From NCBI GenBank assembly GCA_965644295.1, contig CBFFRP010000422.1, positions 1 through 50,264 of the forward strand: a DNA stretch of 50,264 nt. The letters are read 5' to 3'. Source of the stretch: Paraphysomonas bandaiensis. Taxonomy: Eukaryota; Protista; Chrysophyceae. The notes below the pieces were generated by a model. That model made no database searches. It was not told where the DNA came from and saw only the letters and a program-made list of their open reading frames with translations. The translations under genes and the position numbers were made by a program. How positions within the stretch are numbered: the first letter of the stretch is position 1; the number at the start of each line of letters is the position of its first letter. Positions 11,200 to 23,195 of this stretch are shown here, piece by piece.

Positions 11200-11672
11200 A
11201 GATGTAGTGCCCATTAATGGCCATTAATGGCAATATCCATTAGTTAGTATCCAGTTGTCAGCATCATGTGAGAATACGTGACAAGCCACGACCTTCCGGT
11301 GCATTATTAGTTATTAATATATTATATACCATAAAAATGGGGAAAGCAATGCGTCGCCATTAATGGCCATTAATGGTTACGCAAGCCTGCGTACAAGGGC
11401 CATCCTAACCCATAACACCTGATCCCTGCTAGGGGTGATGCTTTCCTGCCTTTTTCTATGCTAAATCTCTGAATCTATCTTTTAACTAAACATTTGCAAA
11501 ATATTTACACCATTATAGTGCTTAATTCTTCATAAGTTGTAGCAGTCAATTAATTTAAGTGTAATCTATCAACGAATTTAGAAATAGTGCTTTCCATATC
11601 AGACTTCTCTAATATAGATACCATACGATAAACAAATAATGCTCTGAAGTTGAAAGTAGCCCACTCCAAGAT

Positions 11673-13412
11673 TTAAACACGAGTCTTAGATCCAGAATCA
11701 ACCAATTGGTTGATAAGATTATCAGCAGTGTCACCAGATATTATTCTGTGCACGCGAACTTGTTAAAAGTCTCAGTGATGAAACACGTGAATCTACATAC
11801 CTTCTTCCTCTGGACGCAATTTCTTCCATAACAGCTAAACGCTTCCATTCAATATCATATTTGCGTTTATTACGCAGTTTTTCTGCAGCCATAGCTTCTG
11901 CTTGTGCTGTAGCTATCATGCCTATGACATTACATGAGTTTGGTCATCACGATGAAATTAAAAGTTATCAACTAGCACGTGTATGCACTATATATACACA
12001 TACCTTCTGCAGTATTACGTGCAGCGGCAAGACGAGACTTTGATTCAGTAACCATGGTTGCATAATCCTGATCGGCTTTAATTTTCATGGCATTACATTT
12101 AATGGTAGTACTCCTGATAAGCTCTTCAGCTTCGCGTTGTCCCTGTAAAAATATTAAGGTGCGCAATGTGGATATTATTCTATTCAACCGCACCTGGGAT
12201 TCGGCAACATCTTTGTCCCCTCTAGCTTTAGTGATGCGGGTTTCTGCAGCTGCACGCCTCTGAGTCTCACGCACCTGGAAAATAGAAGCGAAATTAATAT
12301 AAACAAACACTAGCAGCGTACATACCATGTTTTCTCCCCTCTGAACGTCTTCCATCTCTTTCATCTCAATCTCAAATATTTGACACTCGGCATTAAGTTC
12401 CTGGAGTTTCCGGCGGTTGTCTTTCCTCAGCGCTTCTAGTTTTCTAATTGAATCGTTTTCAATCAAGAGCTTCTTATTTTCTTGAGTTTTCTATGTTTAA
12501 TATGTTAAATAGGGATTATAGTGCGTATAATAGAAGCTGTACTACGTATAAAGATGACACGAATTTACATAACTAAACTCTTACCGATGCTCCATCAATT
12601 TTGGACTGAAAAGCAGTGGTCTTCTCCAGTTTAGATTGAAGAGCTGGGGGAAGCTTGACATCCGTCACCTGACGCATACTACCATAAACAAGTGGTATCA
12701 TGTAATATGTAAACAAAAACCTTGACATTCATCATACGGACACCAAAGTCCATCATTTTAGACTTCAAACTGTCCAGCATAGATACAGCGAACTCTTCTC
12801 TCAAATCATTTACCTTTCCACTACAGTATTACAAACGAAGGGGTCTATAAACTTTGCTGTATACCTTATTGTGGGTTACTCCATAAACCAGAGCACGTAT
12901 GGCTTCTTCTATTTTAGAGGACAAGTAATCGTTGAAATTGTATGCGCCAATTTTATAGACAAAGTCTGATGCTGCATCTTCACCACCCGATATGGAGAAC
13001 GTAATGGAGATATCAACAGTAACCATAACATTGTCTGCTGTTGGAACGTTATACGTCGGGGCGTCATAAGTAATTGCTGCCCTCGTTACAATGTGACTGA
13101 CACGGTCCCACGGCGACCAACACAGTTTGAGTCCTGGCAATAGTATTCCACGATTTTTACCCCATGATTGCCACAACACGTACGGTCCTGCAGGCACAGT
13201 AAAGTAGAGTTTGGGGAATATCGGAGGCTTTGGAACCAGAACGATACACTGCAGATGTACATATTAAGGACAGGATGATGGAGTTGACGGTGTTGTGAAC
13301 CAACCTGTTCACTGCCTTCTCTTTCATTAAAGTAGTAGTTTGCCCTGGATACATCCGATATGTTCCTTTGAACGAGCACTGTACGCGCTTTGCTGGAGGG
13401 TGTTGGTTGCAT
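11673..13412 (-). CDS. SPFH/band-7 (stomatin-like) protein with C-terminal coiled coil, multi-exon
   Basis: VLWQSWGKNRGILLPGLKLCWSPWDRVSHIV..YDAPTYNVPTADNVMVTVDISITFSI..FVYKIG..IEEAIR matches the SPFH signature. It is followed by an Ala/Glu-rich coiled coil. Several short introns. Confidence 0.85.
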
Positions 13413-13852
13413 GAGTCAATATTCAAGAAAATAATGCAATGATATACACACTGAAGTAAATAGACTCAATGCAGGTCTGTTCTGTAGATTCAGTGCCGTG
13501 ATTTGATACTCCTGCTGTGCAATCGGACTGTAGGGGGCTGCATGGTGCTGTACACGCACAGCACGCAAGAACTGGCGATAACTGTGACAGAATTCAGTAT
13601 TCCTTCTTCGCTGTATACCGGTGTATACCGGTATTCCTGTTGTAGTGACAGTGTATAACTGGTATACCGTTTAGTATACGGAGGTACAACTGCCTCTACG
13701 TCGTACGTATGCTCAGTGTAGTACAGTGTAGGCAGGTACTGCTGTACATGCTGAGAGCTGGAAGAGCGTGGCACAGTTGCAGTCTATCACAGTGCCCATA
13801 TAAACATACATACAGCCTCCTCTCACCCCGTTGAATTTAACTGCACCCCAGC

Positions 13853-15912
13853 ATGCCATTGACAGGTACCTACGAGTGGTCGGAGAAGAAGGACCTTATC
13901 CAGGTCTCTGTCCCTCTGAAGGGCGTGGCTCCCGCTAAGGTGGATATTATAGGTACACATATATAACCCTATGAGCTGTGTATGTATATATGACACATCT
14001 CTTCGTGTGTAGCCACATCGTCGACACTGAAGATTAACTACTCGCCGTACCTTATCGATATTGTGCTGCACGGAGTTATAGACTCCCAGCGACATAAAGC
14101 ACGAGTGAAGAATGGCAGCCTTATTGTTACACTGTACAAAGCCACTGCAGGGTTATGGGGGGCATTGGAGTTGTCTGATGAGGCTGAAGCAAAGCAAGTG
14201 CGTAAGGATGCTGTTGAGAAACAGCATGTTTTGGATGAAGAACTTGCTGAGAAGCGCAAGGACCGTAGAATAGCGGATGAAAGGCTTTCCACAAGGAAGC
14301 AAATGGCACTCGAAGAAGCCGAGAGAAACCGTTTAGAGTCAAAGAAAGAGGAAGAGAAAAAGATTGCAGAAGAAGATATGTATGCTACTTTTTCTAAAAT
14401 GCAGAGTTCAAGTGCATCCAGCGCGAGCAGCCCTGCAACGGCCACTCATGCTTCCCAAACTCTGCGAAAGATAGATGAAGAGATGGATTTAGATGATATC
14501 GATGAAGGTGAAGAAACTTTAGAAGAAACTTTAGAAGAACCTGCAGAGGAAATTTATTCTTCACACTACGAGCATGCGCCATGTGTTCTTAAAAGCAAAG
14601 AAGTAGAGAAGGAAGATGTCGACGCGGATATTAAGTACATTCCTCCGCCAAGACGCCCTGTAGGAGCCGAAGGGACTGCATCAGTGGGGATAAATTTTAC
14701 CCCTCGGGTGTTTCCTACTCCAATGAGAGAGTCTAAGCAGGCAGAAGAGGAAGATTGGGTGGCAAAAAACCGCAAGCATCTGAAGAAGCACGGTCAGCTT
14801 GGAAAGAATTTGACTAAAGGTCAGTATGAAGTTGCACTGATTGAGCGCCTCCTTCAGTTTGCTTAATATCATAAATGGTGCAAATAGAGTATACTATTAT
14901 TATTATTATTATGTATTTTTCTCAATCACATTGGGTAGGTAATGGGGTCGATATTAGCGAAGAAGATCCAGCGTGGCTGAAAGCCAAAGGGGACGACTTT
15001 TTCCGCGGGGGAGACTATCGATCCGCTATTAATGCATACAGTTCCGCCCTGGATGTCGACGAGAAAATGATATCATGTTTATCTAACCGCTCAATGTGTT
15101 ATTTAAAACTTGGAGCTGCTGCGGATTGTCGCGGGGATTGTGAAGATGGAATCGCTTTGCTGCGACAGGTTATATCAGACGACTCATCACTTCCGACTGA
15201 ACTTGTGAGCGCTCACAAGTCATTGGTGAAGCTTTTGCTCCGCAAAGGTATATCGAATTGTCAGTTGGGTTCTTTTGCTGGTGCCGTGGAGGATTACGAA
15301 CAGGGACTCCAAGTTCTCGAGGACATGGCGAGAGGAGATAAGTCACTTGTTGCGATGATTGAGTCTACGCGAAAAGATTTAGACAAGCTGCGGTTATTAC
15401 ATCAAGCTGATGTTTTAAAGAAAAAGGGAGATGCAGTTTTTGCGGACGGAGATCTCGGTTCTGCTCTTGGATTGTACTCCGAAGCACTTGAGGCTGCTCC
15501 GATGCACGTGGGATGCCTTTCTAACCGCGCTGCCTGTAAAATTGCCTCTAAAGACTTTAGCGGGTGTGTTGCTGACTGCAGTGCGGCATTAGCTACAATG
15601 GAAAGCCCATATGGTGGAAACAAGGGAGGATCAGCAGTTGAAAGCCTAGGTGCTGGAGCGATAAGTATGATGACCGCCATTCTTCCCCCTGAGGGAAGCG
15701 ATAGGAGAAAGGGTTGGTTCCTCAAAACTCTTGTCAGACGAGGAGCTGCTTACGCTCAGATGCGCATGATAGATGAGGCCATTGCAGACTATGGGAAAGC
15801 ATGCGCGATGGACCCAACCAATGACACCCTTAAAACAGACTTGAATAATTTAACCAATTTCAGAGCGGGTCAGCGCAATGCGCAACAGTCCAGCTTACGG
15901 AGTGATACGTAA
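13853..15912 (+). CDS. DNAAF4: Dynein axonemal assembly factor 4 (DYX1C1): CS/p23 domain + coiled coil + TPRs
   Basis: Spliced N-terminus MPLTGTYEWSEKKDLIQVSVPLKGV..LKINYSPYLIDIVL..LIVTLYK (intron ~13953-14012). INFTPRVFPTPMRES..EEEDW and EEDPAWLKAKGDDFF..SAINAYS are characteristic of DYX1C1. Second intron ~14820-14938. Confidence 0.92.
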
Positions 15913-16668
15913 TAAATATGTATTTTTATTCATTTTAAATTTAAAAGTTTTTGAATTATAGCCGAATGAAGAAAATAGAAGTTAAAGGCGCCAGTATATG
16001 ACTTTAATGACTGTCTAAGATTGTAGAGTATTGTCTAATCCACATAGCAAGTTGTATTGGACGATGAGAAATGCTTCCTAGCTGAGTTTTGCTTACTGGG
16101 TCTAAATATTAATTTTAATTTATTGTTGCAATAATAATATTCCAACGTAATTCATTGTAGTAAAAAGCTCAAGACTTTGGTATACCGAGTGATAACCCAA
16201 TGCATTACAACATGGTATCATTATATCAAACTCGAAGTGAAAAAGTACCTATATCTATGCTCTTCGTTAAAAGTCACGCTAAAAATGCAACATGGATAAT
16301 AGCAGATTTAAAAATTAGATTAAGCGTATGATAATATTAATATTGTAGAAGTAGACTGTGCCGAGCCTAAAATCAAGTATTTTATAGTTGTATAGCCGTA
16401 TTATTGTCTACAGTGTTGATATATCATATATATCAGTGATCAGTGACCATACGAATACGAATGTGGGACAGGGACATAATTATTAATTGAGTATATATAT
16501 ACATTACACTCCACGAGCACATCTTTTTCGTCATTTTATGTGTGTGCTATGGTATACAACTATTAGTGTAAAATATTTCCAGTGCTGCTTCCACGTCTAA
16601 GGTATTGTGTAAAGCACCATCTCCACACTGACATTGAATATGAGTGCGATTCAAACCCTCGAAATCAA

Positions 16669-18195
16669 TCAGCTGTTCCAGTCTTCATCCTCCGACAAAT
16701 CATTTCTCTCCTCCGCGGAACTTTCTTCAGCATAACTGACTCTTCGACGCTGCCTTGCACTACTTCGTTTGCTCTTTTTCATATCTCCGAAATTCGTCAT
16801 TCCATCCGAGTACAAATCGTCTTCCGAATCCCCTGTGATGTTCGTCTTTGATGAAGAGGTCTTCTTTTTGTTTCTCGCAACGGTTGTGGTGCGCAGTTTT
16901 GGTTTTCCTGTCATTTTGCTGCTGGACTCGTCAGCAGTGCCATCACTATCACTAAGAATTACTACATCATTATCCATGCTTTTCCCAACAGAAAGCCGTT
17001 TGTTCACGAGCCTCCGCGATAAAGGTTGAGCGTCACTACCGTCACCGGCTTCACATTCGAGTGTTACTATATCCGCTTTCTTCGCGTTTATTATTTCCGG
17101 GGATATTGATGTGCGTGCTCTCTTCCGAGTGCCACTTTTTTGTTTCTTTGGGTTGCATACGAAATCAATCAAATTTTCATCCTCCTCCGTATCACTATCG
17201 GGTTCAGCATAACACTGTTTCCTAACTGCCGCAGAGCGACTGGACCGCCTTCCCCCTACATGTGAGTAATACTTAGTTTACCACTAATATATTTTACGAC
17301 ATACCGACGCCAGTTTGAGAATGCGTATTTATATCCTGCGATGCAGCAATATCTGTACGTAATATATACGTTACTCAATATTAGATGATAACGATCGTAC
17401 CATCAAAATCACCGTCGCTACCGTAATCTGAGGGGCTCGCCTCTCCTGCCCCAACGGAGGAGGCAACTACAACAGATGTCATCTAACCATATACAAAATA
17501 TAATCGTTCATACCTGAAGACGCGGTTGCCGTCCGACTCATCATGCTGCCCGTGACACGCACAGCCTCGGGATGGGACATTGAACTACATCCAAAGCTCG
17601 TCAACCATTGTCGGCTTTCAGAGGCTACATTATCTTCCGCACCACCATTCAAATCAGCATCAAGTGACCTGACTGATGTACTAAACGGTACAATTTTATA
17701 TCCCTGTCATTACAGTCACAGCAGTCTCCACAAATAATAGTTCTGATGAAACTAACCATATCGAACACCAAAGCACGAGAAGTAATGTCCTGGCAAAGAG
17801 ATTGATTCTTTCTTGGCTGCAGATCTATCGCCATAAACAGAGTAGACATTTCCTGGAACCGCCCCTGGAATCTAATCTCACCCTGCGAGCACGTGACCCC
17901 ATCAACTGCATGCACAACAGTGCGCACCTTCTCAGTGTCCAGCACAAGCTCAGGAGCACTCGTGTTGTAATTATCAATATAGCCGAAGCTTCCCTCCGCG
18001 CCCTTTAGAAAAGAAAACTCTGCCGGGAGAATAATCATCACATTCTTCGACTTCCCTCTGCGCGAAATGTCCTGACCATTACACTTCAACAGAGCTGATG
18101 CCCGTTACAACACACACACTTATCACATAAGACGTACCATCACTCAACACCAGTGAGTGCTCAGAGGAAGGAGGAGTCGATACCACAGATGCCAT
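16669..18195 (-). CDS. RHL1: RHL1-like DNA-binding subunit of the topoisomerase VI complex, multi-exon
   Basis: Spliced product MASVV..LSDALLKCNGQDISRRGKSKNVMIILPAEFSF..FGYIDNYNTSAPELVLDTEKGEIRFQG..FMAIDLQ..LCQDITSRALVF parallels the plant RHL1 core as I recall it (LKHHGxDI..K..R.LFSFPG..G.L..L.T.NP.LYL.FPQGRMKL.G..YLTL..C.D.FD..IVF). Basic/acidic disordered C-terminus. Confidence 0.72.
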
Positions 18196-18222
18196 TTGAC
18201 AGCAAGAATTTTAACAATAGCA

Positions 18223-18225
<3 letters not shown>

Positions 18226-18255
<30 letters not shown>

Positions 18256-18814
18256 TGTATGTATGTATGTATGTATGTATGTATGTATGTATGTATGTAT
18301 GTATGTATGTATGTATGTATGTATGTATGTATGTATGTATGTATGTATGTATGTATGTATGTATGTATGTATGTATGTATGTATGTATGTATGTATGTGT
18401 GTGTAAGTATGTATGTATGTATGTATGTATGTATGTATGTATGTATGTATGTATGTATGTATGTATGTATGTATGTATGTATGTATGTATGTATGTATGT
18501 ATGTATGTATGTATGTATGTATGTATGTGTGTATGTATGTGTGTATGTATGTGTGTATGTATGTATGTATGTATGTATGTATGTATGTATGTATGTATGT
18601 ATGTATGTATGTATGTATGTATGTATGTATGTATGTATGTATGTATGTATGTATGTATGTATGTATGTATCATGTATGTATGTATGTATGTATGTATGTA
18701 TGTATGTATGTATGTATGTATGTATGTATGTATGTATGTATGTATGTATGTATGTATGTATGTATGTATGTATGTATGTATGTATGTATGTATGTATGTA
18801 TGTATGTATGTATG
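18226..18814. repeat. (TATG)n microsatellite, ~590 bp, with a few TGTG interruptions
   Basis: Read directly. Confidence 0.98.
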
Positions 18815-19387
18815 CGTTCCTACACTGCTGTATGCGGTACAGCACTACACGATACTGTTTTTTTGGAAGAGAGTGTTTGCGACGTACCAAAACCAACTTT
18901 CCGTAGGAATAGCTGCGGTGCTGTACGTTGTACTGAATCGGAATCCTGTAGCTGTAAGTCTGATTTCTTCGGCTTCGAAAGCAGAGGAGCTCACTGCGTA
19001 AGCATGTGATTAGACAGAGTATTAAGTATATGAGCTATGGGAAAAGTGCTACGGTCTCTGTACCGATACTCAAGTGTTGAACCACCTCCATGTCAAAAGT
19101 ACAGCCCCTTGTGCTGAGTTACGAAGGGGGGGCTCTAGTAAAGCCATTTGGATTTTCATTTTTTGGACCCTAATTATGAAGAAAACGAAGTTGGAAGATT
19201 TGTGGACTTCGATCACTATTTCCTCGAATGAAGTGCTGGCAGAGTCTGTATTCGTATATACGGTCATATGCTTAGACTAACTTGAGTATGCTTGACACAC
19301 TGGCCCCTTCAGATCACACTCTCATCTCATATTTATAGAGATAAGTGACATGAATCCTCATGGTGGCCTCCCACCATTAGCAGCACG

Positions 19388-20308
19388 ATGCAAGCGACCC
19401 GCCCCCTCCATAATAATATAGTTGCAACAGTGATGAAAGCGACTATGACAGGAAATATGCCTGTATCAGTACCTGAAAAAATGGTTGTTAATACGCTTTG
19501 GGGGCACCTGAGCAGACCATCAGGGCAGCCGCCAAATCCCTCCCTGGCCTTAATACTCCTCAAAGCAGGATGGTCTACACACTTGAGGAACGTCTGGCTA
19601 CCCTAAAAGCCCGTGTTGATGGGGATTTGATGGCAGTGAAGTTCTACCTCCATGACCAAGCCAGTTATGAGTATAGTCGAAGCGAAAATTTAAAATTCGC
19701 AGTGCAATACTGCCAGCAATATGCTGTCTGTGTGGCGAATGGGGGGATCGCACGAATCAGTCTGAATGACTCAGGAAGGCCAAATGCAGGAAGAACGTAT
19801 TAAAGTATAACTTCTTCTCACCGAAGGATTATGACTGGGCGGAGAACACCAGACCACCAATTAGCAAGACTTTTGAGGTTCAGGCGTGCGGAGGCTGCAT
19901 ATCCGACGCGGCAAAAGCACTATGGCTCGGATTTGCTCATATTGTTGACTGCATCCACACAGGCACTCTCTAAGGGTGGGCCTGGTGGAGAGGATGCTGA
20001 AGACTGGGGCGAGATCGGTTTCGACCCATGGGGAAGGGTTTACAAAAAAATTAGCCTATGAAAAGAGACTGCAAATGAGAAGGCTAAGAATACCCTCATG
20101 AATCAGCAGTTGGTATACAAGCGCGTCATAGAATCTTTCCGCGAAATTCCCACCTTCAATTGGAGATATCCCCAAGGCATTGATAACCGTACTCCTCAGG
20201 TCATCTGAATTTATCATACCTGATTGCATTATTGGAGTCGCCGATGAAGGTACGGTTAGCAGTCTGAATTTAGTGGATGGAGGCCTTGTATGTGACACCA
20301 TGGTGTGA
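19388..20308 (+). pseudogene. Fragmented coding-like sequence of unknown origin (decayed gene or TE relic)
   Basis: Chain of short overlapping + strand ORFs in changing frames, GC-richer than the flanks, with no recognisable motif. Confidence 0.25.
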
Positions 20309-20804
20309 GCAATTTGTGTATGCTTTATTTTTATCTTTTCGATTAGCTTTAATTTTTATATTATAAACTAGCTTGAGTAGTTTATCTTTTCGAATATTAT
20401 ATATTAATTTGATTCACTGAGTGTAAACACTTCTATATTAGGGCAAGTTAAGAATGCCAGCCAAGTAGTTGCTGATGGGTAGTTGAACGGTGTCTCAGTG
20501 TCCTACTATATCATACATATATACAAATACTATTAAGAGTCATTGATTCACGTATATCCCTTAACGCGTGAATACTAACACATGTATACAATGAAATACC
20601 AAAGTGACTGAATAATTACCAAGCTATACATTATACGCGACTGTGCAAGATACGCTCATGTGTGTGGTGCTAACGCTCTGCTCAAAAGTGTCTTGCTATT
20701 ATACTATTAGGCCTTATCATTATCTCTAATAATATCAAGTGTATCCTTACTAAATACCAAGACTAACCTTAAATCTTATTTAATACGACTGTAACGGGGC
20801 TCTA

Positions 20805-21375
20805 GTAGTGAATGTCTGATTTTTAGCAATAGGCGTGTAAGAGTCAGAACTAGTGTAGCAAAATTCTAACTAACTATTGCTTAACTCTGATATCTGATAT
20901 CTGATATCCTGCTATTTTGCGCTACACGAAAGCTGCTTGTGCGTCACCGCAAGCACCGAGATGCAACCACTTTCGCACTCTGTCCTTAAGGTGAACTAGT
21001 CCGGCTGCTTGACTTCAGCAGGCAGTTCAATACCCCGGATTCCTGTTTAGTCGTCAAGGCCCAAAGAAGTCAACACACCCATCACACAACGCCAATACAC
21101 GTCATACACTACTATCTCTTGGAGGTACATCATGCCTGAGCATACTAGAGTATTCACTCATAACTATATATAACTATACAACATTACTATACAAGTTGTA
21201 CCACACAAGCATCAGGATATGAGTGGGCACAATAAAATAATATATATTGTGATGTTATCTGCTGGTGACTATTATAATATATAATATGCGACTCACACTA
21301 GTTTTCCGGAGAAATATCTCCGGTGCGTATCCCCTATAACACCACGAAAAAGTGTGAGCCCGACTTTGTTGAGGG
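20805..21375 (-). mobile_element. Full-length short non-autonomous retroposon (SINE-like), 571 bp
   Basis: Exact 12-bp TSD AACGGGGCTCTA (20793-20804; 21376-21387). The 5' end CCCTCAACAAAGTCGG and the 3' end CCTATTGCTAAAAAATCAGACATTCACTAC are shared with the other copies. Confidence 0.85.
21289..21375 (-). ncRNA. Putative HDV-like ribozyme at retroposon 5' end
   Basis: P2 GGCUCAC/GUGAGUC, P3 ACU/GGU, L3 UUUUCGU, P4 CCGGAGA/UCUCCGG, J4/2 CUAGU. P1 is imperfect. Confidence 0.65.
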
Positions 21376-21854
21376 AACGGGGCTCTACAATATATGTTGT
21401 CACCAGACGAACTATGAAATGTCTGGAAGGTTTACCTACTATAGTAGGTCTATCATCATTAATTTACATTACTCCTAACGTTTCTAGAGAGTATTCTTGA
21501 CACGACTGCGGGCCCCACTTGCTATGTGGTCTATGATTGTGGATTCGGCATTATTGACGCCATGGTAAAATTGACCTGTGATGTATTCTAAACAATCGTA
21601 CTATAGTTCTATTTTAAAAAATTAAAAGTGGGTATAGAGCCACACTACAGGTGTGACACTCATGAATCACCCACACACAACAAATCACATGAACTCTACA
21701 ATATCTACAGACATAGAATGAAGTTTACAAGAATAATAAGAGCACACGGGCGTTGATATTAATCTACTAACAATCATAAAACATGTCTGTACTATTAGTA
21801 ATACTATATAATATTATTATGTGTGTTGAGATACATATATTATTATGTAGAATT

Positions 21855-22240
21855 CTATCCTCCACAAGAGTCCGAACCCGACAGAGGCAAGCGCAACAAC
21901 CACTCCGGAAGCAACAATCATCCTTACACCTGTGGCCGTAACCCCACATCGCCAACCAGCACCATCTCCACCATCGACTTACACTCTTACCTATATACAT
22001 ATCGCCCTAGACATCTACTCCTCACATAAACCGTGGCACAGGTCCGCCAAACACATTGCCCAAAGGTAGACCCCCTGACTAAAACCTCACTACAACGACG
22101 GTTGCACCATGGTGCTCGCAGCGATGCACAAGTAGTCCCGAGTTGTTTGATTCACCATTAGTATTATATAGCAAGTCCAGTTATTAGTTAGTCTATAGAT
22201 AGATGTAAAACTAGGTTCTAAATACATAATAGTAATATAT
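21855..22240 (+). mobile_element. Possible decayed 3' fragment of a LINE
   Basis: C/A-rich sense strand like the LINE at 41-50 kb, a short frame ending ..NTLPKGRPPD* (stop 22080-22082), then an AT-rich TAG-rich tail. No TSD found. Confidence 0.3.
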
Positions 22241-22683
22241 GACAATGCTGGAAATTTATATGGATGCCCACTATTAAAATGTAGTTTGAAAACTTTTTAT
22301 TCAATTAGTAGTATTATTATTATAACTGCTATTCTCATTACGTTTAATTTGCACCATAGTTCGGTTGTTTCATTTTTATACATCTATTTTAAAAAAATAA
22401 TATTCTCCATAATATATGTATATTATATATATGTTTACGGAGTAAGAGTTCCAATTTCAGAGCAAATTAGAATCAGTAGCAGCATAAAGTTTTGCTAAAT
22501 GTCGTTGGTTGGAATTAACCCAGATCAGCTACCTAGCTCAATAGCGCCCGTGGTTGAATATAAATGTGATTCTACATTGGCGAAATAGTATCTGCCTCTG
22601 TGGGTTCTGTAGAGTATCATGAAATGGCTTGCTGTAGTATTTCTGGACTGTGTTAAAAAGAAGAGTTCATAGATAGTACTCTC

Positions 22684-23195
22684 TCTCCCTCAACAAAGTC
22701 GGACTCGCACCTTTTCGTCGTGTTCTGGGGGATAAGTACCGGAGAGATTCTCTCTGGGAAACTAACGTGAGCCGCAAGCATAGTCAGCAGATACTCTTCT
22801 GCCCACTCATAGCCGAATGCTTGTGTGGTACAAGGGACACCAATTAGTGTCACTTGTGTAGACGTTTTTGGGCCCTGACGAATAAACAGGCATCCTGAAA
22901 TGGGCCCACCTCAAAGGCACCCGGGCAGGGCCCACCTGAAGGGTAACCGGGGTATTGGGCTGCCTGCTGAAGTCAAGCATCCGGGATGTTCACCGTAAGG
23001 ACTCAGAACGGAAGTGGTAGCACCTAGGTGCTTGTGGCGACGCAGAAGCAGCTTTCGTAGCGTTCAATAGTAGGATAATAGAGGTTGTATTGACTAGTTA
23101 CAGGTAGAGGTCTAACTAGGTTGATTAGCATTCATCTAGCTACTAAGCTGGTGCAGGTATTTAACGCCTATTGCTAAATAAAAGACTTTCAATAT
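22684..23195 (+). mobile_element. Full-length short non-autonomous retroposon (SINE-like), ~510 bp
   Basis: TSD ATAGTACTCTC (22673-22683; 23196-23206). Homologous to the reverse complement of 20805-21375 and to 28603-28986. Confidence 0.85.
22687..22774 (+). ncRNA. Putative HDV-like ribozyme at retroposon 5' end
   Basis: CCCUCAAC-AAAGU-CGGACUCGC-ACC-UUUUCGU-CGU-GUUCUGG-GGGAUAAGUA-CCGGAGAG-AUU-CUCUCUGG-GAAA-CUAAC-GUGAGCCG follows the P1/P2/P3/L3/P4/J4-2 order. Confidence 0.65.

Larger units (their letters stand above)
5591..11389. mobile_element. hAT-type MITE (~286 bp once the nested Copia is removed)
   Basis: Perfect 23-bp TIRs CAGGCTTGCGTAACCATTAATGG (5591-5613) and its reverse complement (11367-11389). 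8-bp TSD CGTACAAG (5583-5590; 11390-11397). Repeated subterminal CCATTAATGG palindromes. CAG termini plus an 8-bp TSD are hAT hallmarks. Confidence 0.9.

Noticed and set aside
22684-22780. tRNA-derived SINE head
   Set aside because: No A box, GTTCGA-type B box or cloverleaf; an HDV-like fold fits better.
22871-22910. Hammerhead-like CUGACGA...GAAA inside the retroposon
   Set aside because: The other copies read CUUGACGA and there is no convincing stem II, so the core is not conserved.
20805-23195. Large inverted repeat suggesting one 2.4-kb TIR transposon
   Set aside because: Each arm has its own distinct TSD and the arms are diverged, so these are two independent insertions in opposite orientation.
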